A DNA stretch of 64,000 nt from an uncultured Candidatus Saccharibacteria bacterium. Its GTDB lineage: Bacteria; Patescibacteriota; Dojkabacteria; B142; OLB20. Under the pieces are notes generated by a model, which was not told the DNA's origin, searched no databases, and saw only the letters and a list, made by a program, of their open reading frames with translations. This document shows, one piece after another, positions 48,501-58,513 of this stretch (within the stretch, counting starts at the first letter, position 1; every line of letters starts with the position of its first letter). The position numbers and the translations under genes were made by a program. The DNA lies in the NCBI GenBank assembly GCA_964461915.1, contig CAYWVD010000001.1, forward strand, positions 565,911 to 629,910, written 5' to 3'.

Positions 48501-48556
48501 TGCAGATTTTTAAATCGGAGTGACTATAAATTATGAAGAATACCCTATCGAAGGAA

Positions 48557-49567
48557 TTAAATTTTTTGAACCACGCCTAAAGTAGAATATTTTGCCGAAA
48601 ATTCTTTAAAGGCATATTTGAGACTAACCAACTGAGAAGACACCCTTTTTAACCTCCCATTGGTTTTAACTAAAGGATCAACAAACCTTGGTTTACTTGG
48701 CCCCCAAAATTCAGCAACATCTTTATCGGCATACTCGAATTCCAAACCCGGCCTTAGCCTATTCAAGTAATTATTAACCAAATTACTTTTGCTCGCCTTA
48801 AGTTTTTCTAATAAAATCTCATCATCCGTAAAAAAATCAGACTCTTGAATTTCGCCCGCATTTAAAGCACTCTTAATCGCACTGGACAACAGGAAAAACG
48901 ATCCATGACTTGTGGGATCAGACCAAATCAACCTAGACAAAGCCAAATACATAGTCGCATAAAGCCCAGCTATATTAATATCCCTAAAATAAAGGACATG
49001 ATTTTCTTCAAAAATATTTTCCAGGAATAAATTTACTGTTTCTTTTGGTAAAAACCCTAAAGAATATCCATCTCGCAAAAAATAGTCAATTCTATCAAAA
49101 GAAATATCCGGCAGATCACAGTCTAACAATGGGAATTTCGATTTATCCAAAACCTTTTCAATACTATAACCATATTTTTTTACTATTTGAGGGATTTCTG
49201 AATTTAGAATAATCTCATTTAACCTACTATCAGCATATTCTTGTTTTTTATCCCCTACTACGAAATCAATCACATGCGAGAAAGCAGTGTGAGAAAGGTC
49301 ATGCAGTAAACAAGCAATTTGCTCTTCCATCCCCCTTTTAAATCTATACGACAAATACCAAACACCTATTGAATGCTCAAACCTATTACCACGCCTTGCA
49401 GGTTGAATAAAATGAACCGCACCATCCTGAGAAATTTTCTTTAATCTCTGAAAGATTGGCGTGTTTATTATCTCAATCAAAACCGTCTCCCTGATTGAAA
49501 TCTCCCCATAAATAATATCTGAATATTTAAGCATATTAAAAAAAATCAAAGGAAGCAATTTGAACAA
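48557..49567 (-). CDS. HD-domain metal-dependent phosphohydrolase
   Basis: H...HD motif context (FEHSIGVWYLSYRF....LLHDLSHTAFSHVIDF). Confidence 0.6.
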   Translation of the reverse strand: MFKLLPLIFFNMLKYSDIIYGEISIRETVLIEIINTPIFQRLKKISQDGAVHFIQPARRGNRFEHSIGVWYLSYRFKRGMEEQIACLLHDLSHTAFSHVIDFVVGDKKQEYADSRLNEIILNSEIPQIVKKYGYSIEKVLDKSKFPLLDCDLPDISFDRIDYFLRDGYSLGFLPKETVNLFLENIFEENHVLYFRDINIAGLYATMYLALSRLIWSDPTSHGSFFLLSSAIKSALNAGEIQESDFFTDDEILLEKLKASKSNLVNNYLNRLRPGLEFEYADKDVAEFWGPSKPRFVDPLVKTNGRLKRVSSQLVSLKYAFKEFSAKYSTLGVVQKI

Positions 49568-49573
49568 GAATAA

Positions 49574-49650
49574 TGGTGGAGCTGAGGGGAATCGAACCCC
49601 TAACCTTTTCTATGCCATAGAAATGCTCTAGCCAATTGAGCTACAGCCCC
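49574..49650 (-). tRNA. tRNA-Ala (anticodon GGC) with G3:U70
   Basis: Reverse complement folds with acceptor GGGGCTG/CAGCTCC (G3:U70 alanine identity), anticodon loop ATGGCAT, T-loop TTCGATT, CCA. Confidence 0.9.
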
Positions 49651-49707
49651 AATGGAAGTAATTATAAATCAAAGGAGAGAAATAATAAAGAGAATCTAAA
49701 GCCCAAC

Positions 49708-50892
49708 CTATCTTAATTTTACATAAGACTCGGGATTTACCTTACCCCCATTTAATTGTAATTCAATATGAAGGTGGGTCCCAAAAGAATAACCGGAATT
49801 ACCCATATACATTATATCCTGCCCCGCTTTTACATAATCACCAGCCTTCACTGCATATTGCCCGGTTCCATGACCATAAATTGAAACCAAACCATTTCCA
49901 TGATCGATTATCGTAGTGAACCCCCATCCACCCCAACCCGCTTTTTTAACATAGCCATTACCAATCGAATTAATCCAACAGCCACCGCCCTTTGCCATAT
50001 CTACACCACCATGATAGGAACTATATCCTCTAGACCAACTCCACCCTGGACAATGTAATAGAGGATGAACAAAAGACCCCGAAGGAACAACTAGGCCCGT
50101 ATTAGGTTTAGTTCCACCAGTAATAACCTTTTTAGGTGGCGCAGTTGTTGGGATAATACCACCAGGAACAAATAACTCCATGCCAACAGCCAAGACAGGG
50201 TTGTCATAATCGATGATATTACTATTAAGATCCCAAATATCTACAGCATTACTATTTGTATATTTTGCAATCTTTTCTAAGGTATCTCCACTTTTCACCT
50301 TGTAATACGCACCATTAATAGCTGGAATCCTTAAAACTTGCCCAACCTTTAGAATAGCGTCTTTACTTGAAAGATTATTTGCCCAAACCAAAGTAAAAAT
50401 ATCTTTGTTGTAAATTTTGGCAATACTTGATAAGGTGTCCCCCTGTTGTACAATATATTTGTACACCTCAAAGTCCGCCTCATTTGCAGATATTACAGAC
50501 AAGGCCTCTGCTGTTCCAGCCTGAATTATAAGATCTTTTCGGCCAATAACGCTATCATTTAAAGCAAGACCCCCTGCTTGAGCAGAAATATTGAGTTTTG
50601 TAGAAATTCCGCTTACTACAATAACGAGGGTTAATACGAAGATAATTATATGAAAAGATGTTCTGTAAAAAGATCCTCTGCCCCAAAACATCCTTTGTAC
50701 CATCCAATCCTTTAGTTCCTCGAAACCATTAATAATGAGAGTTAAAAAAGCAAATAGGAAGAAGAATAATTGTCTAAGCCTCAATATGAGATATGGGAAT
50801 AGATCTTGGAAAAAATCAATTATATTTACCCCGCCACCTTTTGATGGTGTATAAACATTTCCAACATTTTCTGAATTTTTATCTATACCCAT
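49708..50892 (-). CDS. LysM-domain M23 family peptidoglycan endopeptidase
   Basis: N-terminal TM. Two LysM repeats (YIVQQGDTLSSIAKIY and YKVKSGDTLEKIAKYT). M23 motifs HGGVD and HLHIE. Confidence 0.8.
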   Translation of the reverse strand: MGIDKNSENVGNVYTPSKGGGVNIIDFFQDLFPYLILRLRQLFFFLFAFLTLIINGFEELKDWMVQRMFWGRGSFYRTSFHIIIFVLTLVIVVSGISTKLNISAQAGGLALNDSVIGRKDLIIQAGTAEALSVISANEADFEVYKYIVQQGDTLSSIAKIYNKDIFTLVWANNLSSKDAILKVGQVLRIPAINGAYYKVKSGDTLEKIAKYTNSNAVDIWDLNSNIIDYDNPVLAVGMELFVPGGIIPTTAPPKKVITGGTKPNTGLVVPSGSFVHPLLHCPGWSWSRGYSSYHGGVDMAKGGGCWINSIGNGYVKKAGWGGWGFTTIIDHGNGLVSIYGHGTGQYAVKAGDYVKAGQDIMYMGNSGYSFGTHLHIELQLNGGKVNPESYVKLR

Positions 50893-50944
50893 TAGAATAT
50901 TCTAACATAACCGTTAAAACATTTCATTCGGTTGAATTATTGAA

Positions 50945-52540
50945 TTATAAGTCCTCGTGTAGAGTGGCCAAGAACTCCTTATTGCTTTTAGTCTTTTTCA
51001 AACGATCGATCAACATTGTAGTTGCATCTTCATCTTTAAAAATATCCAACATTCTTCGCACTCTCCATGATGAGTTTAATACCTCTTTTGAGAGTAATCT
51101 ATCTTCATTTCTAGTGCCTGAAGATTTAACATCAATAGCTGGATAGATTCTCTTTTCTGCGAGATGCCTATCTAGTTTTAATTCCATATTACCTGTCCCT
51201 TTAAATTCTTCGAAAATAACTTCATCCATTCTACTTCCAGTTTCTACTAAAGCTGTAGCAATAATTGTGAGACTACCACCGATTTCAAAATTTCTAGCTG
51301 CTCCAAAGAATCTCTTTGGAGGATAAATAGCAACTGGATCGAAACCTCCAGATAAAGTCCTACCTGATGGCGGAGCAGTAATATTGTATGCTCTTGCAAG
51401 TCTAGTTAAACTATCCATTAAAATGACAACATCTTTTCCAAGTTCAACCAATCTTTTTGCCCTTTCGATAGCCATTTCAGCAATTTTTGTATGAAGCTCC
51501 GGGGGCTCATCAAAGTTAGCAGCGACAACCTCACCCTTAACTGATCTTTCCATATCGGTCACCTCTTCAGGTCTTTCACCGACTAGAACGACCATTAAGT
51601 GAATTTCGGGATGATTCTTTGAAATACCATCAGCAATTTCCTTTAATAACCATGTTTTACCGACCTTTGGAGGGGCGACCAGCATACCTCTTTGACCCTT
51701 TCCTATTGGAGATAAAAGATCGATCATTCTTGTTGATAGAATGTGCGATTCGGTTTCTAATTTAATTTGTTCATTTGGGAAAATTGGAGTTAGCTTATTG
51801 AAATATGGCCTTGTTAAAGCATCATCAGGACTACTATTATTGATAGCCTCAATCCTTAACATGCTTAAATATCTCTCACCTTCTTTTGGAGCTCTGGCTT
51901 GACCCGAGATGAAGTCCCCTTGTTTTAGATTAAATCTTTTTATTTGTGACCCCGATACATATACATCATTCTCTCCAGCCAATAACTTAAGAGTCCTTAA
52001 TACGCCATGAGATCCATCGTTAATAATTTCAAGCACACCTTCAACAAAAATATTACCACCACGCCTAGTTTGTTCCTCTAAGATTTTAATGATGAGATCA
52101 TTCTTGTTAAAACTCGCAATATCTCGTACTGATAAAGACTCTGCAATTTTCCTCAAATCCATTAAAGATTTTTCATCAAGTTCTCTTAAAGTCATAGCTT
52201 TTGCAATTTTGTCTTTTTCAAAGCTATGGGTTTTAATAAATGTGGGCTTAGGATTACTATCGATAGTAACTGTTTCAATAACTGGGGTTTTAAATCCCAC
52301 CTTTTTAGGTTCTGGAAGCTGTTCGTTACTTACTTTACCATCAGCGCCTATCATTACTGCTGATTTAGTAACCGGCTTAGGAGCTACTTCAGCCTTTTTT
52401 ATATCTTTATCCATTGTTTCAACCGGCCTTTTAGCAGGTATGACCGGATTAATATCCGAAGGTATAATTGGAGTAGTAACAGGATCCTCCATAGGTTTTA
52501 ATTTTTTGATAATTGTGCGCTTTTTCTTTACTGTTTCCAT
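50945..52540 (-). CDS. rho: Transcription termination factor Rho with long N-terminal extension
   Basis: Walker [21 protein letters not shown] and RecA-like Q/R loops. About 150-aa Lys/Pro-rich N-terminal insertion. Confidence 0.9.
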   Translation of the reverse strand: METVKKKRTIIKKLKPMEDPVTTPIIPSDINPVIPAKRPVETMDKDIKKAEVAPKPVTKSAVMIGADGKVSNEQLPEPKKVGFKTPVIETVTIDSNPKPTFIKTHSFEKDKIAKAMTLRELDEKSLMDLRKIAESLSVRDIASFNKNDLIIKILEEQTRRGGNIFVEGVLEIINDGSHGVLRTLKLLAGENDVYVSGSQIKRFNLKQGDFISGQARAPKEGERYLSMLRIEAINNSSPDDALTRPYFNKLTPIFPNEQIKLETESHILSTRMIDLLSPIGKGQRGMLVAPPKVGKTWLLKEIADGISKNHPEIHLMVVLVGERPEEVTDMERSVKGEVVAANFDEPPELHTKIAEMAIERAKRLVELGKDVVILMDSLTRLARAYNITAPPSGRTLSGGFDPVAIYPPKRFFGAARNFEIGGSLTIIATALVETGSRMDEVIFEEFKGTGNMELKLDRHLAEKRIYPAIDVKSSGTRNEDRLLSKEVLNSSWRVRRMLDIFKDEDATTMLIDRLKKTKSNKEFLATLHEDL

Positions 52541-52963
52541 AAAAAGATGGCTAAATTAAATTTGATTTATGTTTTTGAAGACATATAGAAAAACTAGGGA
52601 AAAATTTATTGGTAGATAATTCAATTATGAGTATAGGAAAATGGGAAATTTATGTCAAGATTTTAATAATTAGGGATCGGCACTGCCCCCACCGACCCCT
52701 ATTAAAAGCCCCAAACAATTAGGAATTTTCATAGGAATCAGTGAAAACTTAAATAGAGTTCCAAGAGCCCAGTAGATTGCAATTCAAATTAACGAATTGT
52801 ATGTACGCGAACCAGACTCTGGGGACTCTATTCAAGCAAATTATTAAAGAACAACTATATAATATCCTATAATAAATACCGTGTCAAGCCCATAGTAAAT
52901 AATTTTCTAACTAAATAATATAACAGAATCCTTAATTTTTTCTTAACTTTTCAGCATTTTGGA

Positions 52964-54277
52964 TTATTTTAACTCCTTGAAGAACAAATAAAGCTGGGAG
53001 ACATGTTTTATGTTTGGGAATTTTTTATGGAATGAGGTATACCCCAATCTCTTACACTCTTTCTCCATCTGCTCCGCTCTCTTGCTTATTCTGATTTGAC
53101 CAGTTAAAGAAACTTCACCAAAGGCCACCAAGTCATGGGGCAAAGGTTTATTAGCATAAGACGAGATAATTGCCAAGACAATTGGAAGATCCAACATGGA
53201 ATCTGCGGAACGAAGTCCGCCAGCTATATTAATATAGACATCTTGATCTTGAAGATTATACTTAGTAAATTTGGCCAATACAGCCGTAAGAACTTCTAAC
53301 TTAGTCCTGGAGAATCCTTCAGCTACCCTTTTAGGTAAAGCGAAAAGCGTTCTCGAGGTTAATGACTGCATTTCTACAAGCATGAGCCTTATACCCTCCT
53401 GAATTACAGCAGGACAAACCCCAACTCTTTCTACACCCTTTTCTTTATCCAAGAAATAGATTGAAGGATTGGTCACCTCCTGCAAACCCGATTCTACCAT
53501 TTCAAAGATCCCTATTTCATTTGTAGGACCGAAACGATTCTTTAAACACCTTAATATCCTAAAATCAAGCTTTTGATCACCCTGAAGTTCCAAAACCACA
53601 TCGACTAAATGCTCTAAAAGCTTTGGCCCCGCAACAGAACCCTCCTTTGTAACTTGTCCTACTAAAAACAAGATAATCCCGGCTTCTTTAGCAAATTTGA
53701 TCAATTTTGACGAAACAGCCTTGATTTGAGCAACTCCACCGGGCAATCCACGGACCTCATCTGCATAGACGGTTTGAATTGAATCCACTACCACAATAGA
53801 TGGCTTTACCTCTTTGATTTTTTCGATAATTCCATTGACCTCATAGCCCGAAAGGATTTGCAAATCATCCATAGAACCCAATTTGAGTCTTTTTCCCCTT
53901 AACGCGACTTGCTGGATAGATTCTTCAGCGCTAACATAAAGAGCATTCTTCATATATGATATAACTTGCATTAAGAGTGTAGACTTGCCTATTCCAGGCT
54001 CCCCACTTATCAAAATTACCCCGGATGGAACCATGCCTCCGCCAAGGACTCTATCAAATTCGCTAAAGCCAGTTGAATGTCTAAGCTTTGCTTCATTATC
54101 TGATACATCTTTAAGCTTTTTTATAGTAAGTTTAGATGAAGTCATTGAGGAGAAGGAAATAATTGGATCGGTTTCATCAAAAGTGTTCCAATCTTTACAA
54201 CTTGGGCATTGCCCTAACCACTTTGCGGATTCATAAGAACAATTATTGCATACATAAATTTTAGACGATTTTGACAT
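52964..54277 (-). CDS. radA: DNA repair protein RadA/Sms
   Basis: C4 zinc finger (CNNCSYESAKWLGQCPSC), RecA-like Walker A (GEPGIGKST), Lon-like C-terminal domain. Immediately downstream of clpC. Confidence 0.9.
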   Translation of the reverse strand: MSKSSKIYVCNNCSYESAKWLGQCPSCKDWNTFDETDPIISFSSMTSSKLTIKKLKDVSDNEAKLRHSTGFSEFDRVLGGGMVPSGVILISGEPGIGKSTLLMQVISYMKNALYVSAEESIQQVALRGKRLKLGSMDDLQILSGYEVNGIIEKIKEVKPSIVVVDSIQTVYADEVRGLPGGVAQIKAVSSKLIKFAKEAGIILFLVGQVTKEGSVAGPKLLEHLVDVVLELQGDQKLDFRILRCLKNRFGPTNEIGIFEMVESGLQEVTNPSIYFLDKEKGVERVGVCPAVIQEGIRLMLVEMQSLTSRTLFALPKRVAEGFSRTKLEVLTAVLAKFTKYNLQDQDVYINIAGGLRSADSMLDLPIVLAIISSYANKPLPHDLVAFGEVSLTGQIRISKRAEQMEKECKRLGYTSFHKKFPNIKHVSQLYLFFKELK

Positions 54278-54284
54278 AGTTCTA

Positions 54285-56774
54285 TTATGAAAATTGAATC
54301 TTATTTTTCTTAAAATCTACCAAGACTTTAACCTTCTCAACTTGTTTGTTCACATATCCCTTCTCGATTAGATAATCTACTAGTGCATTCTCAAGTATCT
54401 CCTGCACAGACCTTTTTAAGTTTCTTGCCCCATACTCCTCGGAGAAACCTGATTGTACAATAAAATTAATCAAGCCATCTCCCACCGACAAAATAATATT
54501 TCGCGCCTTCATTTTTTCTTTAACATCTTGGACCATTAAACTAACTATCTTTTTTGCATCTTTTTCATCGAGCTTTCTAAAAACTAATACCTCGTCTATT
54601 CTATTTAAGAATTCAGGAGGGAGACTTTCTTTTAAGACCTCGATTAATTTTAACTTCATCTTTTCATAAGATTCATCGTCTTTATTTTTATTCCCTTGGC
54701 CAATATTAAAACCAAGAGATTGGATATCGGCAGATTCCCAAGCCCCAATATTTGATGTCATTATAATGATTGTATTTTTAAAATTCACTAATCGGCCCTT
54801 AGAATCTTGAATGTGCCCCTCATCTAGTATTTGCAATAATATATTTAGAAGATCAGGATGAGCCTTTTCAATTTCATCAAAAAGGATGACAGAATAGGGT
54901 TTTCGGCGGACTTTTTCAGTTAATTGCCCACCTTCTTGAAAGCCGACATAGCCGGGTGGAGATCCAATTAACTTTGAAACACTATGTGACTCCATGTATT
55001 CACTCATATCAACCTGGATCAAACTATCTGCATTTCCATAAAGCTTTTCAGCAATTTCTTTTGCAGTTTGAGTTTTTCCGACACCTGTTGGACCCAAAAA
55101 TAAAAATGTAGATAATGGTTTATTCGCATCTGACAACCCAATTCGAGATCTTTTTAAAGAAGAAGCAATTTTATCTATAACTATGTCCTGCCCAATTATT
55201 CTTGTTTTCAGAATTTTGTCGATATCGTTTAGTTTGGCAACTTCACTACCTGTAAGCGAATTGACAGGGACACCGCTCCATTTGGAAATCACCTTTCTAA
55301 CATCTTCAACTCCAACTTGTTTTTTTCTGGATTTCAATCTCTTTTCGTTAAGTTCGCGAATCAGATTAACAAGATAAATCTCTCTTTCACGAAATTTAGT
55401 AGCCTTAGTTATATTTTTTTGCCTAAGAGCAGATTCCTTTTTCTTAATTGTTTCTTCTAGTTCGGCCTTTTCGGGATCGTGTTCTTTGGTCTTTTTATCT
55501 ACAGATATCTTTATTGCAGCGGAAGCCTCATCGATTACATCGATAGCCTTATCGGGTAAATACTTGTTGGCAATATATCTCGAACTTAGGTCTACGGATT
55601 CCACAATAACTTCATCAGGAATTTTTACATTATGATATTTTTCGAATTGAGGCTTTAACATTCTAAGGACCTCAACAGCTTCGGACTTTGATATTTCATT
55701 CACCATAATTGTCTGGAATCTTCTAGCTAATGCATCGTCTTCTTCTATGTATTGCTGGTATTCATCAAAAGTAGTAGAACCGATAACTCTAAGATCTCCA
55801 TTTGTAAGATATGGCTTAATAATATTGGCTATGTCCATTGTATTACCCGGACCGGCAGTACCGGCCCCAACAATCATGTGGATTTCATCGATAAAAATTA
55901 TGACATCCTTATTGGCTGCCATTTCAGAAATAATACCCAAAAGTCTTTCTTCTACATCACCACGGATCTTGCTACCTGCAATGATGGCTGACACATCCAA
56001 TTGCACAATTTTTTTATTCTTAAAACTTGGAGGTACATTACCTTCTGCAATTCTTTGGACCATTCCCTCTACAATAGCGGTTTTCCCGACACCGGCCTCA
56101 CCTACTAGTAATGCATTATTCTTTGTCTTTCTGGATAATATATGAATTATTCTTTCGATTTCGTCATCTCTTCCCCATACTTTTAAATATTTGCCTGACT
56201 TAGCTAAAGCGTTCATGTCTTTTGAAAAGAAAGATAATGATTTTTGTTTGTCAGTATCATCAAATTTATCAGAAATCGAACTAAATACTCCGGGCTGATA
56301 AACACCTATGGATAACATTGCCTGGGCGACCTTATCATAATTTAGACCAACTTTTGCGAGATCTTTAACGAAATCGAATTCGTCCTCGCTAAGTATAGAC
56401 AATAAAAGATGCTCCGTGCCAACATATACATGGCGTAAGTCATGAGAGATCAAAAAGGCTCTAGCAAGGATTTTTCTAGCTTTTTCTCCAAATTCCGTTG
56501 GAATATTTTTATTAATCACCTTGTCTTTATATTTAAGTTCTATACCCATAAGAGTAGAATTGCTTTCAACCCCAAGTCTTTCGAGAAGTTTTGTAGCAAA
56601 ACAACCTTTATCGGATAAAATGGCGCAGAAAAAATCCTCTGCGTTAACCTCTTTACCCTGTCGTTTTTCTGCGAAATCGAAAGCTTTTACAAGTGCTTTT
56701 ACTAAGTTATTTGAAAGTTTACTTAATGATTTTTCTTGGATATCGATCTTTTTCATAGTATCTAATTTTAACAC
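54285..56774 (-). CDS. clpC: Class III stress ATPase ClpC (double AAA+ Clp/Hsp100)
   Basis: Clp_N repeats, NBD1 (LVGEAGVGKTAIVEG), NBD2 (LFLGPTGVGKTQTAKE), short middle domain. Confidence 0.85.
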   Translation of the reverse strand: MLKLDTMKKIDIQEKSLSKLSNNLVKALVKAFDFAEKRQGKEVNAEDFFCAILSDKGCFATKLLERLGVESNSTLMGIELKYKDKVINKNIPTEFGEKARKILARAFLISHDLRHVYVGTEHLLLSILSEDEFDFVKDLAKVGLNYDKVAQAMLSIGVYQPGVFSSISDKFDDTDKQKSLSFFSKDMNALAKSGKYLKVWGRDDEIERIIHILSRKTKNNALLVGEAGVGKTAIVEGMVQRIAEGNVPPSFKNKKIVQLDVSAIIAGSKIRGDVEERLLGIISEMAANKDVIIFIDEIHMIVGAGTAGPGNTMDIANIIKPYLTNGDLRVIGSTTFDEYQQYIEEDDALARRFQTIMVNEISKSEAVEVLRMLKPQFEKYHNVKIPDEVIVESVDLSSRYIANKYLPDKAIDVIDEASAAIKISVDKKTKEHDPEKAELEETIKKKESALRQKNITKATKFREREIYLVNLIRELNEKRLKSRKKQVGVEDVRKVISKWSGVPVNSLTGSEVAKLNDIDKILKTRIIGQDIVIDKIASSLKRSRIGLSDANKPLSTFLFLGPTGVGKTQTAKEIAEKLYGNADSLIQVDMSEYMESHSVSKLIGSPPGYVGFQEGGQLTEKVRRKPYSVILFDEIEKAHPDLLNILLQILDEGHIQDSKGRLVNFKNTIIIMTSNIGAWESADIQSLGFNIGQGNKNKDDESYEKMKLKLIEVLKESLPPEFLNRIDEVLVFRKLDEKDAKKIVSLMVQDVKEKMKARNIILSVGDGLINFIVQSGFSEEYGARNLKRSVQEILENALVDYLIEKGYVNKQVEKVKVLVDFKKNKIQFS

Positions 56775-56878
56775 ATGGTATAAATTCTAGAATAGAGAGC
56801 TTAAGAATAAATAAAGAAAAGACCCGATTGATTTTAGCAATCGGGTCTTTAAAAATCTGCTATTTAAGAGCTGGACTA

Positions 56879-58375
56879 TTATGACAATGAATCATCATCA
56901 CCCAATAGTTCTTTTAGTCTTTCCATTTCTGGTGAGACACCCATCTCTTTTGCTAATTCTTTTTTGCTCTTTGGTTTTTCGTCGGATTCAACTTCTTTTT
57001 CAGTCTCGACTTCTTTTTTGGGTTCAACCTCTTTTTTAGCTTCGACTTTTTCTTCAGTTTTAGTTTCGACTTCGACTTTTTCAGCTGGAGCTTCCTCAAC
57101 TACAGGAGCTTCTTCGACTGCTTGGGCCTCTTCGACTGTTTGGGCCTCTTCGACTGTTTGGGTCTCTTCGACTGGCTTGACTTTTGGGGCCTTTTCAACT
57201 TTTTCAGTCTTCTCGACCTCTTCAGTCTCAGCTTTTGGAGCTCTTGTAACTCGTTTTAAACTTAATCCAAGATGTCTGTCGTCTCTTGAAATTGAAATTA
57301 TTTCTAATTCATATTCTTTATTTGCTTCGACAATCTTACCTGGATCCTTGACTAGTCTATCGGAAAGTTCAGAAATATGAATTAATCCGTTTAGACCCTC
57401 TTCGATTCTTACGAATGCACCGTAGTCAACGATTTTGGTAATTTCTCCCATTACTCTTTGACCGACTTTGTATTTTTTAACAATAGCCTCCCATGGATCG
57501 GGCATTAATCTCTTGATTGAGTATGCGATTCTTTTGCCGCCATCATCAATTCCAATGATTTCGACTTTTACTGGATCGCCAATCTTGAAGAAGTCTGCAG
57601 GATTAGTAACTTTATCCCATGAAATTTCGGATAAGTGGACCAAACCTTCGAGACCTTTTGCATTAACGAATAATCCGAATGGTGCAATACCTGTGATTTC
57701 ACCCTCCAGCTTATCGCCAACTTTAACATGTCTGAGAGTTTCGGCTCTTTTATCCATGTCTTCTTTGCCGGTGTCTTTCTTCTTTTCTGAGAAGATGACT
57801 CTATTCTTTTCTCTATCGATTTCAATAACTTTAACTTCAAGCTCTTTACCGATCAATTCGGCTAATTTACCTTGAAGTTCTTTGTCAGCATCTTGTTTGC
57901 TGGCATAACCACCTAATGGGTAGATTCTGGAATTGTCCAGTTGTGAGGTTGGAACAAAGCCTCTTAAGCCACCGCCGATGTTAACAATAACGCCACCGGT
58001 ATTGGCTTCGATGACTTCCACTTTGACATTTAAGTCATTTTCAAGAGCATTGTTAAGTTCGAACCACTTTCTAGCGGTTCCGGTTCTTCTGATAGAAAGT
58101 TCTATTTGACCTAAAGGATTTTCTCCTTTTAATACATAAACCAATATTTCGTCTCCTACTTTATAGTTTAATTTTTCTCCGGTTAACTTCATTTCTTTAC
58201 CGGAAACGATACCTTCGGCACGGCCCCCAATATCGCAAATGATTTCTCCTTTTGATATTGAAAGAACTGTACCCTTAATGATTTGTCCCCTTTTGAAAGT
58301 CTTGGGGAAGACCTCTAAAGATGCTAAATACTCTGAAATAGGATCTGTAGAACTAATTTGGGCTTTATTAGCCAT
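56879..58375 (-). CDS. rpsA: 30S ribosomal protein S1 (four S1 domains) with repetitive acidic/Lys C-terminal tail
   Basis: Repeated S1 OB folds (GQIIKGTVLSI, GDKLEGEITGIAPFGLFV, GQRVMGEITKIVDYGAFV). Tail is VEETQTVEEAQTVEEAQAVEE... Confidence 0.85.
   Translation of the reverse strand: MANKAQISSTDPISEYLASLEVFPKTFKRGQIIKGTVLSISKGEIICDIGGRAEGIVSGKEMKLTGEKLNYKVGDEILVYVLKGENPLGQIELSIRRTGTARKWFELNNALENDLNVKVEVIEANTGGVIVNIGGGLRGFVPTSQLDNSRIYPLGGYASKQDADKELQGKLAELIGKELEVKVIEIDREKNRVIFSEKKKDTGKEDMDKRAETLRHVKVGDKLEGEITGIAPFGLFVNAKGLEGLVHLSEISWDKVTNPADFFKIGDPVKVEIIGIDDGGKRIAYSIKRLMPDPWEAIVKKYKVGQRVMGEITKIVDYGAFVRIEEGLNGLIHISELSDRLVKDPGKIVEANKEYELEIISISRDDRHLGLSLKRVTRAPKAETEEVEKTEKVEKAPKVKPVEETQTVEEAQTVEEAQAVEEAPVVEEAPAEKVEVETKTEEKVEAKKEVEPKKEVETEKEVESDEKPKSKKELAKEMGVSPEMERLKELLGDDDSLS
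57000..57180. repeat. Degenerate tandem repeats (18-nt unit cttcgactgyttgggyct and ttcgac-rich motifs) encoding the rpsA acidic tail
   Basis: About 3.5 copies of an 18-nt unit at 57112-57175, plus degenerate ttcgac-rich repeats upstream. They encode VEEAQT and EKVE/KKEVE peptide repeats. Confidence 0.5.
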
Positions 58376-58513
58376 AGTGAATAATTGTACTACTGTTTAG
58401 TTTATCTAAAGTATTTAGATTCAGTAATACCCTTTCAAAGATGAGATTATACCAAAACGAATTCCAATCGTCAAAACCCACCAACCATTAAAAACCCAAT
58501 GGGGGCTTAAAAT

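Noticed and set aside
48311-48556. T-box riboswitch upstream of leuS
   Set aside because: No T-box consensus (AATTAGGGTGGNACCGCG) and no specifier/antiterminator architecture is visible. Only an AT palindrome is present.
52660-52700. GC-rich island in the rho leader considered as tmRNA, SRP RNA or RNase P RNA
   Set aside because: No tRNA-like acceptor/T-arm pair, no SRP domain IV motif (GGAAGCAGCC-like) and no RNase P P4 motif was found, so it is only flagged as a leader element.
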